This document shows, piece by piece, positions 21,022 through 32,832 of a DNA stretch of 64,000 bases. This stretch comes from an uncultured Spirochaetota bacterium (GTDB lineage: Bacteria; Spirochaetota; Spirochaetia; SZUA-6; Fen-1364), in NCBI GenBank assembly GCA_963745235.1, contig CAVUXE010000053.1, positions 1 to 64,000 of the forward strand. Reading direction: 5' to 3'. The position numbers were made by a program, and so were the translations under genes. Each line of letters opens with the position of its first letter. Position 1 is the first letter of the stretch. The notes beneath the pieces are model-generated. The model was not told the DNA's origin and ran no database searches. It saw only the letters and a list, made by a program, of their open reading frames with translations.

Positions 21022-21526
21022 TCACTTCCGACGCATCTGGTCTGTGATGGGGCGTTCCCACGCCGTCCCCTTCCACGCATCCAGGAGGTCCAGCAGCAGC
21101 TCTCTCTCTGACGGGACTGAAAGCACGCGGACCGCGGCCGCCCGCGACGCGTCACCGGGGATCTCGAGGCTTCCAAGGAAAAGGAGACCGGGCTGGTCCA
21201 GGCGGACGTCAATGGAAACCGCAAGCTCTTCCTGGCCGAAGCTGAGCGAGGTGATCCTCCAGCGGGACCCTACGGGCAGGGGATCCGTGAAGAACATGTT
21301 CCCCCGGATCGGCCGGCTCCACCTCCATCCCCGGGAAAGCGGGATCCACCTGCACCACGCGGGCAAGCTCCAGCGGCTCGTCCAGAAGCAGCCCTTCGAG
21401 CCGCACTGAGCCGAAAACAATGACGTGATCCGCGGGCCCCCCGACGCCCGGCTCCGCCTGTTCCTGCAGCGTCGAGCATGATGCAAGGGCCAGGAGGAGC
21501 GCAACGAGGAGCGAGTGACGCGCCAT
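21022..21526 (-). CDS. Hypothetical lipoprotein (frameshifted)
   Basis: Lipobox LASC; reading continues from ORF 21209..21526 into ORF 21022..21504. Confidence 0.6.
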
Positions 21527-21619
21527 ACCCCAATGTCAACGCAATTTTCTTCGCAGTGATTCTCCTGAGGCCCGAAAAAAATGGACAGGCGGTCGAATAC
21601 AGGATAAAATCAACGATCA

Positions 21620-24600
21620 ATGAGTGACAGCATGCGACCAATCCCTTTCCGGCAGCTTGTGTTGCACTGCCTGGGGGAATACCGGGCAAAGGCCTCCATT
21701 TTCGACATTTCCGCGCGCCATTTCTGGAAGCCGTCTGCCGTCCGAAGGGCCGTGGTGTTCTCCTCCGGGGCGGAGAACCCCATCGGGCCGGCCGCTGGAC
21801 CCCATACCCAGCTCGCGCAGAACATCATTGCGGCATGGCTTGCCCGGCGGGCGCTACTTCGAGCTGAAGACCGTTCAAAAGCTGGATTCCCTGACTATCG
21901 AGAAGCCCTGCATCGACGCCTCCGACGAAGGCTACAACGTCGAGTGGTCAACCGAGCTCAGCCTGGACCAGGCCTACGACGAGTACCTGAAGGCGTGGAT
22001 CGTCCTGCACCTGTTCGACACGCTGATCGGCGCCTCCCCAACGCCGCCGTCCTTTCTTTTCAACATGAGCGTGGGCTACGACCTGGAAGGGATCAGGACG
22101 GAAAAGATGGACCGGTTCATCAACCGTCTCATCGATTCCTCGAAGGAAAAGACGTTCCAGGACTACGTGGGGCAGCTCGCGGAGCTTGCGGATGATCCCT
22201 CGTTCCTGGCGGGGACGCCCTGGAGGGACCGGACCGCGCTGCTCAAGGCCCTGCCGTCGCGCATATCCCCGCGGATCTGCGCCTCGGTCACCCTCTCCAC
22301 CATGCATGGATGCCCTCCCGGTGAGATCGAGTCCATATGCGCCTACATGTTGACCGCCAAGAAGCTGGACACACTGGTCAAGCTCAACCCGACGCTGCTC
22401 GGCTACGACCGTGTCAGAGAGACCCTCTCTGGCCTCGGCTACGGGTACATCGAGCTGGACCCGCACGGGTTCCAGAAAGACCTGCAGTATTCGGCCGCGG
22501 TACCCATGCTCACGCGGCTGATGGACATGGCACGGCAGGGTGGAAAGCATTTCGGCGCAAAGCTTTCCAACACGCTTGCCGCGGGAAACGTGAGAGGAGT
22601 GCTCCCCGGCAAGGAGATGTACATGTCCGGACGCGCGCTCTATCCCCTGACCATGGGCCTGGCCGCCGAGCTTGCCGTCCAGTTCGACGGGTCGCTGCCC
22701 CTGTCATTCTCCGGTGGCGTGTCCGCCTGGAACGTCGCGGAAGTCCTGGGCGCCGGCATCCGGCCTCTTACCCTTGCGACGGACCTTCTGAAACCGGGCG
22801 GATACGCCCGGCTCAAGGAGATGGCCGAGATCACGGAGAACCACGCGGAGACGTGGAACGCCTCCCGGGTGGACCCGCAAAGAGCACGGGCCGCGGCCGA
22901 CTCCGCCCGGACCGTCGAGCATTTCCGAAAGGAGTACCGGGGCACGGACAAGGTCCACGTTGACGGCCCGTTGCCTCTCTTTGACTGCTTTGTCGCTCCG
23001 TGCCTCGTGACGTGTCCCATCCACCAGGACGTGCCGGAGTACATCCACCTTGCCGGGGAAGGGCGGTTCGAGGAGGCCTTCGACGCCATCTACGCGCGCA
23101 ACCCGCTGCCGTTCATCACCGGGTATCTCTGCGACCACCAATGCATGGGCAACTGCACGCGCATGGACTGGGAAGGCGCCGTGCGGATCAGGGAGATGAA
23201 GAGGATAGCGGCTGAGCGCGGGTATGCGGCGTTCCGCCGCAGCGGGACCCCGGGGGCCCGAAAGGCCGCGGCGCGCGGGATAAAGGCTGCCATTGTCGGG
23301 GCCGGGCCTGCCGGGCATGGCCGCTTCCTGCTTTCTTGCCCGGGAAGGTTTCGAGGTGCACGTCTTCGAGCGGGAACAGGATCCCGGCGGCGTGGTCAGA
23401 TACCTCCTGCCGGGTTTCCGCATGCCCGCGGATGCCGTTGAGAAGGACGTGTCGCTCCTCCGGGACCAGGGCGTCCAGTTCCACTTCGGAGAGCGGCAGA
23501 CGCCGGCAGTCCGTGACCTCCAGGCGCACGGCTACCGCTACGTGCTCGCAGGCATCGGCGCCCAGGGAGACAGGGACACGGGCATCCCCGGGGCACGCCC
23601 CGTCCTTGCATTCCTTCGCCAGTTCAAGGAGGACGCGACGCTGCTTTCACTCGGGACGTCCGTGGTGGTCATGGGAGCGGGTGACACCGCCATGGACGCC
23701 GCGCGGGCGGCCAAGCGCTGCATCGGGGTGAAAGAGGTCCGGGTGGTCTATCGAAGGACGGAGAAGGAGATGCCTGCCTCTCCGGAGGAGTACGAGTCCG
23801 CCCGTGAGGAGGGGATTCTTTTCCATTTCCTCAGGGCCCCCGAGGGCTGGTCGAAGGGGCCCGGGACAGAGCTGGTCTGCCGCGTCATGGAGCTTGGGAC
23901 GCCGGATGAATCAGGTCGTTCCCGCCCCGTTGCGACGAAAGAGACGGAGACGTTCCACGCCGACACGCTCATCACGGCGGTCGGGGTGGACATCGAGAAA
24001 GAAACCCTTTCCCGCATGGGTCTCTCCGACGCGGAAGCGGCCGTGGATCCGTCAACCCAGGAGACGAGGATTGCGGGTGTCTTCCTCATTGGAGATGCCG
24101 CCCAGGGGGCGGAGACCATCGTGAAGGCAATTGCCTCGGCGCAGAGGGCCGCGGATGCCATCAGCGTGAGGGAGGGTGGCAGCAGGTACAGGAACGGCAA
24201 GCTGCCGGCGGAGGACACGCTGGTGCTCCGCAGCCGGCGGGATCGGCTGATTCCCGCCTCAACCTCGTCCACGGATGACGAGCAAACCATGGACAAGGAG
24301 TCCCGGCGATGCCTGGGCTGCCGCGCCCTGTGCACCAAGTGCGTGGAGGTATGTCCCAACCGCGCCAATACGATGATCCGCGTGGCCAACGGTTTTCGCG
24401 ACGAGTGGCAGATCCTCCACCTGGACGCGTTGTGCAACGAATGCGGCAACTGCGCCACTTTCTGCCCGTGGGACGGCAAGCCGTACCGGGACAAGCTCAC
24501 TATCTTTGCAACCGCTGAGGAATTCCAAAAGAGCACCAACCCGGGGTTCTTCCTGAGCAGCGGCAAAGGGCTCCTGCGGCTCGGCCCCTCGGTTCGCGAG

Positions 24601-24706
24601 TTTGTCCTGGATGCGGCGGGGAACGTTCCCGGCGACATCGGCGACGAGTCGGTCGCGCGCTGTCATGCAGACCGTGGTGAAAACACACCCCTACCTGTTC
24701 GCCTGA
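21620..24706 (+). CDS. ygfK: YgfK-family Fe-S flavo-oxidoreductase (frameshifted)
   Basis: MSDSMRPIPF, GPAAGPHTQLAQNI, EGYNVEWSTEL, STMHGCPP, CVEVCPNRAN, CNECGNCATFCP. Confidence 0.92.
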
Positions 24707-24717
24707 GGAGGTGTCTC

Positions 24718-26040
24718 ATGATCGCGCTGAAGAACGCCACCCTTGTGCACCTGAACCCCGCCGAAGTGACCTCAGGGGTCGACGTGCTGATCGAGGGCAC
24801 GGAGATCGCCGCCGTGGGCAAGGGGGCGGCGGAAGGCGTGCAGGCGGAGCGGACCATCGACCTGGACGGCCGGGTCCTGATGCCCGGCCTGGTCTGCAGC
24901 CATGACCACTTCTATTCGGGCCTCTCACGGGGAATCATGGCCCGCATCGCCCCGAGCACGGATTTCGTCTCCACGCTGACAACCTCTGGTGGCGCCTGGA
25001 CAGGGCAATCGACAGGCAGATCCTGCGCGCCGGCGGCACTGTATGCGCGCTGGAGGCGGTCAAGGCCGGCTGCACGGCCGTCATAGACCACCATGCCTCC
25101 CCGTCATTCATCGAAGGATCGCTTGCGACGCTCAAGGAGTGCTTCGAAAAGGTCGGGCTGCGCGGGGTGCTGTGCTACGAGACCACGGACAGAAACGGCG
25201 CGCAGGGAATGGAGCAGGGGGTGCGGGAGAACAGGACCTTCGCCCGCAGCGTGGAGGAGGAGCGCAAGAGCAAGGGCAAGCAGCGCCTCGTGGAAGCCAT
25301 GATCGGCGGCCATGCCCCTTTTACCCTCGGAGACGATGCCCTCGCGAAGCTGGGAGATGTGGCCAGGGAAACCGGCAGGGGCTTCCACGTCCACGTGGCG
25401 GAGGATGGGTTCGATCCCTCCTACTCTCACAGGTTCCACGGGAAGGATGCGCTCAAGAGGCTGGATGGGTTCGGCCTGGTTTCGGAACGGTCCATCGTTG
25501 CCCATGGGCTGTACCTGACCCAGGAGGACCGCGAGCTCCTGAACGCCCGCAACGCGTTCCTGGCGCACAACTGCCGGTCGAACATGAACAACAGCGTGGG
25601 ATACAACGGCGAGCTGCCGCACGTGAAGAACGTTGCCCTGGGCACGGATGGCATCGGCTCCGACATGCTCCTGGAGGCTGAAGTTCGCGTATTTCCGCCA
25701 TCGGGACTCCGGGGGGAGCCTGGCGCCGGGGGCCTTCACGCGGTTCCTGCAGAATGGAAACGAGATCCTCCACAGGTCATTCGGGGAGAGCTTCGGCCGG
25801 GTGGAGAAAGGCTACAAGGCGGACCTCGTGATCCTGGACTACGACTCTCCCACGCCCATGGTGCGGGAAAACGTCGCCGGGCACGCCATTTTCGGCATGG
25901 GGAGCCGGGACGTCCACACCGTCATGGTGAACGGAAAGATCGTGATGGAAGCGCGCACTTTCCGCATGGACACCTCCGCGGCGTACGCAGCCGCCCGCGA
26001 GGCCGCCCAGCGCATGTGGCGCAACATGGACGCCCTGTAG
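24718..26040 (+). CDS. ssnA: SsnA-family amidohydrolase (frameshifted)
   Basis: MPGLVCSHDHFYSGL, CYETTDRNG, HVHVAE, RSNMNNSVGY, LGTDGIGSDM; follows ygfK with a GAGG RBS. Confidence 0.9.
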
Positions 26041-26042
26041 GA

Positions 26043-27127
26043 CTACAGCGTCGGCAGCGCCCCCTGCACCACGAACACCATTCCGAGGGTGAAGGCGGCA
26101 ACGGCGGCCTCGGCAGCCACTCCGACAACCAGCGGAGAGATCCCCGTGCGTGCCATGTCACGGAAGCTGGTACGCAGGCCCACCCCTATGAACGTCAGCT
26201 GGAATGCCCACTCGGAGAGGTTTTTCAGGCCCGGTTGTCTTCGCGGCCAGGAATGACCGTGCCTCCGCTCCGCGCGCCGCGGCGAAGAGGATGCTGAACA
26301 GCACGGAAAGACAGAGGAAGCCCAGGACGAACTTCGGGAACTTCTGCCAGAGGAAGAGGCCCTTGCGCGTCACTTCCTTCGCAAGCCCGCGCCGGGAATA
26401 ATAGATGGCGAAGCCCAGGATCACGAACCCCATGAGCGCGTTTCGGCACAGCTTGGCAAGCGTCGTGTAGGCAAGGGCGGCCTTCGAATAGATTGCTCCC
26501 GTGGCCACGGCTTCGGCGGTGTTGTCCACGGCGAGACCCGCCCACACCCCGAAGGCCTTGTCCGACATGCCCATGAGCCGGCCCAGGAGCGGATAGGCGA
26601 TGAGCGCAAGCGCGCCGAAAACAAGGATGACGGCGATGGCATACCCCGTTTCTTCCTTCCTGGCCTCGATGGAGCCCGCGGCGCCGATGATGGCGGACAC
26701 ACCGCAGATGCCGACGCCGACCGAGATGAGGCTCCCCAGCTTCTGGGGCAACTGGAAGAGCCGGGAAAACAGGCTGACAAACACGATGGAGAAGAGGATC
26801 TCCACCACGACAATGGCCAGGCCGATTCCGCCCAGCCGCGCGACGTCCGTGATGAGAAACCGGGCGCCCATCAGGACAATACCGACCTTCAGGAAAAACT
26901 CGTACGAGTTGATTCCCCTGGCAAAGAACACGCGGCAGGGGAACCAGGTTCCCGATCAGCATGCCTCCGATGATCGCGATGATGACGTTGGACGCCAGGG
27001 AGCGCACCCATGCCACCGCGATGACGGTCTGCAGCCAGTTGGAGAGGATCTTGCCCCCGATGGCGAGCGCAACGATGAGGGCAACGCCGGGCAGGTAGTC
27101 GAGAACAGCCTGGAAAAGTTTTTTCAT
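26043..27127 (-). CDS. YeiH-family putative sulfate exporter (frameshifted)
   Basis: LKVGIVLMG, GVGICGVSA, GVWAGLAV, KLCRNA, KFPKFVLGF. Confidence 0.85.
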
Positions 27128-27136
27128 CTCGCGCAC

Positions 27137-27244
27137 CTACCAGGGGAGATTCGGCAGCACGCCGGCCAGCACGAGCGCCGCGAGCGCAAAGGCGACAATC
27201 ACCGTCCACCAGTCCAGACCAATCCCGCTTCTCTTCTGTTCCAT
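27137..27244 (-). CDS. 35-aa single-TM small protein upstream of the YeiH gene
   Basis: Hand translation MEQKRSGIGLDWWTVIVAFALAALVLAGVLPNLPW*; GGGAGG RBS upstream; its stop abuts the YeiH gene. Confidence 0.72.
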   Translation of the reverse strand: MEQKRSGIGLDWWTVIVAFALAALVLAGVLPNLPW

Positions 27245-27399
27245 GTCCGTCCTCCCATCGCGTTGGATTCTCCGCGCCGCCTGGGGAGGAGTCAACGGAA
27301 ACCGTCGTTTCGTCCTGTTATTAACGAATTATTAACCGCGGCGAGGCAGATTCAGCGAGGGGGGGACGCGCCATCCGAATCTTTGAACGGAATATCCGG

Positions 27400-28050
27400 T
27401 CAGGGCTCCTGCTTCGGGGACGGGGTTCCCGTCCTTCGGCGCGCCCGCCAGTCCAGGCGCTCCTGCCTGCGGAAGCGCAGCCAGCGCTTGAGGCCCCGCT
27501 CAATGAGCATCATCACGTCGTCAATCAGGTCCTCCGAGGACTGATCCCGCGCGCCCAGGGGAATTGTTGTGAAGATCGCCATGAGCATCCGTTTCGGATT
27601 GCGAAAAAGACTGGTTCGGAAGACTCCCTTGCGGGTGCCTTCCGCCAGGATCTCTTCGATCAGCGACTCGATGCGGGAGAAGAGGGTGTTGCCCTGGGCG
27701 GCGCGGGACTCCAATCCGGGATAGGTGAATCTTTTTTCTCTTCCATAGATACCGCGGAGGATGTCGTTGTTGCGAAGGCTCAGCGTGGCATAGCGGAACA
27801 GGGCTTTCAGTCGAAAGAGCGGAGATCTGAAGCTGTTGACGCGCTTCTCCACCTCTTTCACCCCCCGCTGCTCAATGGCGTCAAGGATCGCGGAGTAGAA
27901 CTCTTCCTTGCTGTCGAAATAGGTGTAGAAGCTTCCCATCCCGAGCCCCGCGGCGTTCGTGATGTCCTGGATGCTGACGTCACGGTAGCCGTTGCGGGCA
28001 AAAAGCCTTTCGCCGACCTTGAGGAGGGTGTCCTTGCGGTTGTATTCCAC
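27400..28050 (-). CDS. TetR family transcriptional regulator
   Basis: LFARNGYRDVSIQDITNAAGLGMGSFYTYFDSKEE; start codon uncertain. Confidence 0.9.
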   Translation of the reverse strand: MEYNRKDTLLKVGERLFARNGYRDVSIQDITNAAGLGMGSFYTYFDSKEEFYSAILDAIEQRGVKEVEKRVNSFRSPLFRLKALFRYATLSLRNNDILRGIYGREKRFTYPGLESRAAQGNTLFSRIESLIEEILAEGTRKGVFRTSLFRNPKRMLMAIFTTIPLGARDQSSEDLIDDVMMLIERGLKRWLRFRRQERLDWRARRRTGTPSPKQEP

Positions 28051-28268
28051 CCGTTTCTCCCTGGAAAAGGACCGGATCTGGCGGTCAATTATCCGGTTTT
28101 CTTCTCTCCTGTCCCCTCGGACCGCGCCGTTTTTCGCTGAAAAGGCCGCTCCCCGGCGCGTTTTCGCCGCTCGGCATGCCGTTGCCGTTGACATTGCGCG
28201 GCGCGAAAAACAGTCTGTACCGTGACAGTATGAAAGCAGAAGAGAAAGCGCATGCCAAGGGGGCCCAC

Positions 28269-29568
28269 ATGGAGCGCCACTACCATCTGGCCTGTCCAGT
28301 CTGCGGCAGACAATTCGAGGATTCTCCCAGCGACTTCCTTCTGTCCTGTCCCGAGCCGCACGCCCCGGCGCTCCTGAGGGCGGTGTATCGGCAGAAGCGG
28401 CTCGTTGTGCACCCCGAGCACACGGGAGTCTTCCGTTTCTCCGAGTGGCTCCCCATCAGGCGGCGGCTGCAGGGAGCCCCCGGGCCGGTGGTTTTTCGAA
28501 GCAGGAACCTTGGTCCTCACCTTGGCCTGGAAAACCTCTTCATCATCTTCAATGGGTACTGGCCTGAGAAGGGCGCGCTCATGGAGACCTGCACGTTCAA
28601 GGAGCTGGAAGCGCAGGCGGTGTGCGGGCGCGTGGTTCCCGAGTGGGAGTCCTGCCTGGTGGTCTCTTCGGCAGGAAACACGGCGCGCGCTTTTCTCCAG
28701 GCGTGCTCGCGCTACAGCGTGCCGGCTCTCGTCGTGGTCCCCGGCAATTCGCTTCCGCTCCTGTGGAGCACCCGGCGGCCGGGACCCTCCGTGCGCCTTG
28801 CCGTCCTGGAGGGGGATGCAGACTACAGCGATGCAATTGCCCTGGGCAACGGTATCGCGAACCTGGAGGGTTACTACTCCGAAGGCGGGGCAAAGAACGC
28901 CGCACGTCGTGACGGGATGGGGACCGCCATGCTGAGCATGGTGGAGGAAGCAGGTGAGATTCCCCACCACTACTTCCAGGCGGTTGGCAGCGGCACGGGG
29001 GCCATCGCAGCATGGGAGATGAACCAGCGCCTCGTCGAGGACGGGCGGTTCGGGTCACGGAAAACCCGGCTTCACCTGGCGCAGAACGCGCCCTTTCACC
29101 CCGATGGTGGACGCATGGGAAGCGGGTGCCAGGACGCTCACGGGAACGGATGACGCCGGCGCCCGCACGAGGGTCCGCTCCATCCGCGCCCAGGTCCTTG
29201 CCAACAGGAACCCTCCGTACGCAATTGCGGGCGGGCTCCACGATGCGCTTCGCGACACGGGCGGATTCATGTACCGCGTGACAAACGACGAGTCCGCGAG
29301 GGCGGGGCGGCTGTTCGTGGAGCAGGAGAGGTGCGACATTGACGCGGCGGCGGAGGTGGCGGTTGCCTCCCTCCTGCAGGCGCGGGCCGCGGGCAGACTC
29401 GGGTCAGGGGACGTGGTTGCGCTGAACATTACCGGCGGCGGAAGAAGCAAGCTGGAGGCAGCCCGGGCAATCGAGCCCCTTGCTCCTGACGTCCGCTTCT
29501 CCCTGGCGGACCTGGGGCACCAGGAACCGGAGTCGCGCATCAGGGAGTTGATGGAGGCGGCGGGGTGA
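28269..29568 (+). CDS. Cysteate synthase (frameshift near 29100)
   Basis: FNGYWPEKGA, TCTFKELEA, SAGNTARAF, EGGAKNAARRDGMGT, YFQAVGSGTG, LNITGGG. Confidence 0.85.
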
Positions 29569-30806
29569 GCGACCTTTTCGACAAGTGCCGAACTGACTCC
29601 GGCTACTTCGGCGCCTTCCGCGCGCGCCGGGACATGTATTTCACGCAGCCTGTCCTGGAGGGCGCTCCCGGACCGCACATGATGTTCCAGGGCAAGAACG
29701 TGATCATGTGGGCCATCAACAACTACCTCGGGATTGCCGCCCGGGAAGACGTGAAGCAGGCCGGCGTGGAAGCGATGAAGGAGTTCGGCCCCGGCTCTCC
29801 CATGGGCTCCCGTCTTCTCACCGGCAATACGAAGCACCACATCCAGCTGGAACGCGCCCTGGCGGATTTCCTCGGCAAGCCGGCGGCAATCCTCTTCAAC
29901 TATGGCTATCTCGGCGTTCTCGGCACCATCTCTGCCCTCATCGGCAAGGATGACGTGGTGGTCATAGATTCCCTTTCCCATGCATCCATGATAGATGCCA
30001 CCATCCTCGCCTCCGCGGGGAGGCGTTTTCGACCCTTCAAGCACAACAACATGGAGAACCTGGAGTTCCACCTCCGCGGCGCGAACAGGGATCGCAAAGG
30101 AGGGATCCTTGTCGTGACGGAGGGAGTGTTCGGCATGAAGGGCAACCTGGCCCGCCTCCCCGAGATCTGTGACCTCAAGGAGAAATACAACGCGCGCCTG
30201 TTCGTTGATGACGCGCATGCCTTCGGGGTGATGGGCCCGAGCGGACAGGGGACCGGCGAGCACTTCGGAGTGCAGGACAGGATCGATCTGTACTTCGGCA
30301 CATTCGCAAAGGCGTTCGCCGCCATTGGCGGGGTGACGGCGGGTGAAGAGGACGTGATCGAATACATCCGCTACAACGCGCGCACCAACGTCTTTGCCAA
30401 GGCGCTCCCGCTTTCGTACGTGAAGACCGTTGAGAAGGCGCTCGCGGTCGTCAAGGACCCCGAGCCGCGGGAGAAGATGTGGCACATCGCACGGATGCTC
30501 CAGCAGGGTCTTGCGGACCTGGGCTACGACATCGGGGACACCGAGTCTCCCATAACGCCCGTGTATGTGCCGTCGGGAGATGAGAAATCCGCCATGGGCA
30601 TGATCTCCATGCTGCGGGAGGACTACGGCATCTTCGTCTCCGGTGTGACATTCCCCGTTGTGCCGCCCGGTGTGGTACTCTTCCGCATGATCCCGACGGC
30701 CGCGCACAGCGAGGAGGACGTCGAGAAGACCCTTGATGCGTTTCGAAAAATGCGGGACAGGCTCTCCCTGGATCTCTCGCAGAAGCCCTCTCTCGTCAAC
30801 AGGTAG
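29565..30806 (+). CDS. PLP alpha-oxoamine synthase (serine palmitoyltransferase / cysteate C-acyltransferase-like)
   Basis: NNYLG, HASMID, TEGVFGMKG, VDDAHAFG, GTFAKA; its start overlaps the cysteate synthase stop. Confidence 0.85.
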   Translation: MSDLFDKCRTDSGYFGAFRARRDMYFTQPVLEGAPGPHMMFQGKNVIMWAINNYLGIAAREDVKQAGVEAMKEFGPGSPMGSRLLTGNTKHHIQLERALADFLGKPAAILFNYGYLGVLGTISALIGKDDVVVIDSLSHASMIDATILASAGRRFRPFKHNNMENLEFHLRGANRDRKGGILVVTEGVFGMKGNLARLPEICDLKEKYNARLFVDDAHAFGVMGPSGQGTGEHFGVQDRIDLYFGTFAKAFAAIGGVTAGEEDVIEYIRYNARTNVFAKALPLSYVKTVEKALAVVKDPEPREKMWHIARMLQQGLADLGYDIGDTESPITPVYVPSGDEKSAMGMISMLREDYGIFVSGVTFPVVPPGVVLFRMIPTAAHSEEDVEKTLDAFRKMRDRLSLDLSQKPSLVNR

Positions 30807-30815
30807 CCCGGGGCC

Positions 30816-31613
30816 ATGACAGCCCGGGCTCTCGTCACCGGAGCCTCCCGCGGGATAGGCCGCGCAATTGCCGCGGCCCTCGCGAGCCACGGCTTCGAGG
30901 TGCTCGGCACTGCCCGCAATCCCTCCTCCGTGGTCGGGGACCAGAAGGTCCCCGGGGTGCAGTACATCGCGCTGGACCTGGAAGATGAAGAAAGCATCGA
31001 CTCCGTCATCGCGCGCGCCGGTGCACTCGATGTCCTGATCAACAATGCCGGAGGAAGCCAGATCGGACCCGTGGAGGAGGTCCCCATTGAGGCGGTCCGC
31101 CGTCTCTTCCAGCGGAATCTCTTCGGCTCCCTGCGCCTCACGCAGGGCGTCCTTCCCGGCATGCGCGCACGGCGAAGCGGCCGGATCATCTTCGTCAGCT
31201 CGTACGCCGGTGTATCCCCGGTCCCCTTCCTGTCGGCGTATGCGTCGACAAAGGCCGCTCTGACAGCGCTGGCCCGGGGTCTTCGTCAGGAAGTCATGGC
31301 TGACGGAGTATGGGTTTCCGTCATTGCGCCGTTCGACATCCGCACAACCATTCCCCTTGACCTGCAATTCGGGGACGACTCACCGTACAAGGCCGCGCTT
31401 CTTCGGGTAAAGGAAGTAAGGGACCGGTCTCTCAGGGAAGCCCCTGGTCCCTCACTGGTTGCTCGAAAGGTGGAGCGTGTCCTGGCCGCAAGGAGCCCGC
31501 GCGCATTCTATCCCGTGGGCAGAAACGCGCGCCTCATGGGCTTCCTCTTGAAGCATCTGCCGGACCGGACTGCCGAAAGAATCGTCCGCAAGCTCTTCCG
31601 CGTCGACGCCTGA
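30816..31613 (+). CDS. SDR oxidoreductase (possible 3-keto-capnine/3-ketosphinganine reductase)
   Basis: TGASRGIG, NNAG, YASTK; third gene of the operon. Confidence 0.8.
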   Translation: MTARALVTGASRGIGRAIAAALASHGFEVLGTARNPSSVVGDQKVPGVQYIALDLEDEESIDSVIARAGALDVLINNAGGSQIGPVEEVPIEAVRRLFQRNLFGSLRLTQGVLPGMRARRSGRIIFVSSYAGVSPVPFLSAYASTKAALTALARGLRQEVMADGVWVSVIAPFDIRTTIPLDLQFGDDSPYKAALLRVKEVRDRSLREAPGPSLVARKVERVLAARSPRAFYPVGRNARLMGFLLKHLPDRTAERIVRKLFRVDA

Positions 31614-31626
31614 GCGCTCCTGACCC

Positions 31627-32764
31627 CTATTCCACGACGATCTTGCCAAGCATGTGTCTCATGACCTTCGCCGCAGAAGACGCTGCAGAAGAAGGCATGC
31701 TCCCCCGCTGCGTTCAGGCTCACGGGGATTGCAACGGGACGTCCCGGAACTATCATCGCATCGATTCCCAGGTCCGGGCATGCGAAGCCATGCGTCGCGT
31801 CAGCTGAAGAAATCTCCAGCGTGACTGGCTCTCCCTTCTTCACGCGGATGACATCCGGCTCAAACCCACCCAGGTGGGCGCTGACCTTGATGGTCTCTGC
31901 GGCGCTGGGGACAACGTCAATCGAGTATTCGGTGACGGAGACCTTGTGCGTGGGAAGGTCGATGCGCACGGTCCGAAACCCGAGCCCCTGGTAGGGGTGC
32001 TCGGGGTCCCAGGGCACCGGTCCGGGCTTTGCCACCGAGCCCGGCGCAGGCAGCGGGAACATCATTCCCTTTGCTGCGTACTGGGTGAAAGAGCCCTCGG
32101 TATCTTCACGCTCCTGGTGGATGTGGCCATAGAAAAGGGTCACATTCGAAAACGGCTTCAGCAGCGCCAGGGCTTTGTCTCCGTCCTTGGTTCTCCAGTC
32201 CCACTGCGAGTAGACCTCCAGGAGCGGCCGGTGCGCAAAGACGATGACCTGCGAGCTCCTGTCGAAACCCTTGAGGGTCTGCTCCAGCCATGAAAGTTGG
32301 ACATCCCCCAGGCTGCTGCCAGCGGTCACGTTGTCCAGCGCGATGAAATGGACGCCCTTCAGGTCAAACGCGTAGTACCTCTTGCCGAAGTTCTTCTCGT
32401 ACGCCGCGGCCGCGTCCAGGCCGGCGTCGTGCTCCCCGGGCAGGAACCTGATGTTCTGCACCTTGAGTGCCCTGATGATGTCCTTGAACTCCGTCATGCG
32501 CTGCTGCCGGACCGCGGCGTCATTCGTCGTGTGAGTCTCGTCTCCCGTGAAGACGATGAAGTCCGGCGTCGCGGGCAGCCCGTTCACCTGGGCAATCGCC
32601 TTTTTCAAAGTCCCCGCGTAGTCCGGGTTGACCTTCGGATTGTCGAAGCCCCAATGAGTATCCGAGAGCTGCACGAAGAATATCTGGTCGCTGAAGGCGG
32701 CCGGGGCGCCCGCCAGCGCAGCGACGACGATAACACAAGCAAGAACACAAAGCCTGAGCTTCAT
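31627..32764 (-). CDS. Secreted metallophosphoesterase fused to a CuA-type cupredoxin domain
   Basis: Signal peptide; SDTH, TGD, PGEHD, GHIH; C-terminal HGF...CSVFCGEGH..M with a frameshift in the last codons. Confidence 0.75.
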
Positions 32765-32832
32765 GAGAACCTCCATGCTTTCTCCTACACCGAAGGTCGA
32801 GAACCGGATTGGGGTTCCGGGAGGCCGGTGGA

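Noticed and set aside
21620-24706. Selenate respiration or a selenoprotein
   Set aside because: The 'selenate reductase' label for YgfK is a legacy annotation. I noticed no in-frame TGA/SECIS and no molybdoenzyme subunits here.
23293-25086. ORF appearing to fuse YgfK with SsnA
   Set aside because: A frameshift near 24660 bypasses the real ygfK stop (24704-24706). ssnA has its own GAGG RBS and ATG at 24718.
28269-29568. Coenzyme M biosynthesis as the role of cysteate synthase
   Set aside because: There is no sulfopyruvate decarboxylase or aspartate-type aminotransferase nearby. The coupled oxoamine synthase and SDR point to lipid synthesis instead.
29055-31367. Long antisense ORFs (also 4669..6816, 13152..14519, 35854..37323)
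   Set aside because: These are shadow ORFs opposite well-supported genes, as expected at high GC, and show no motifs.
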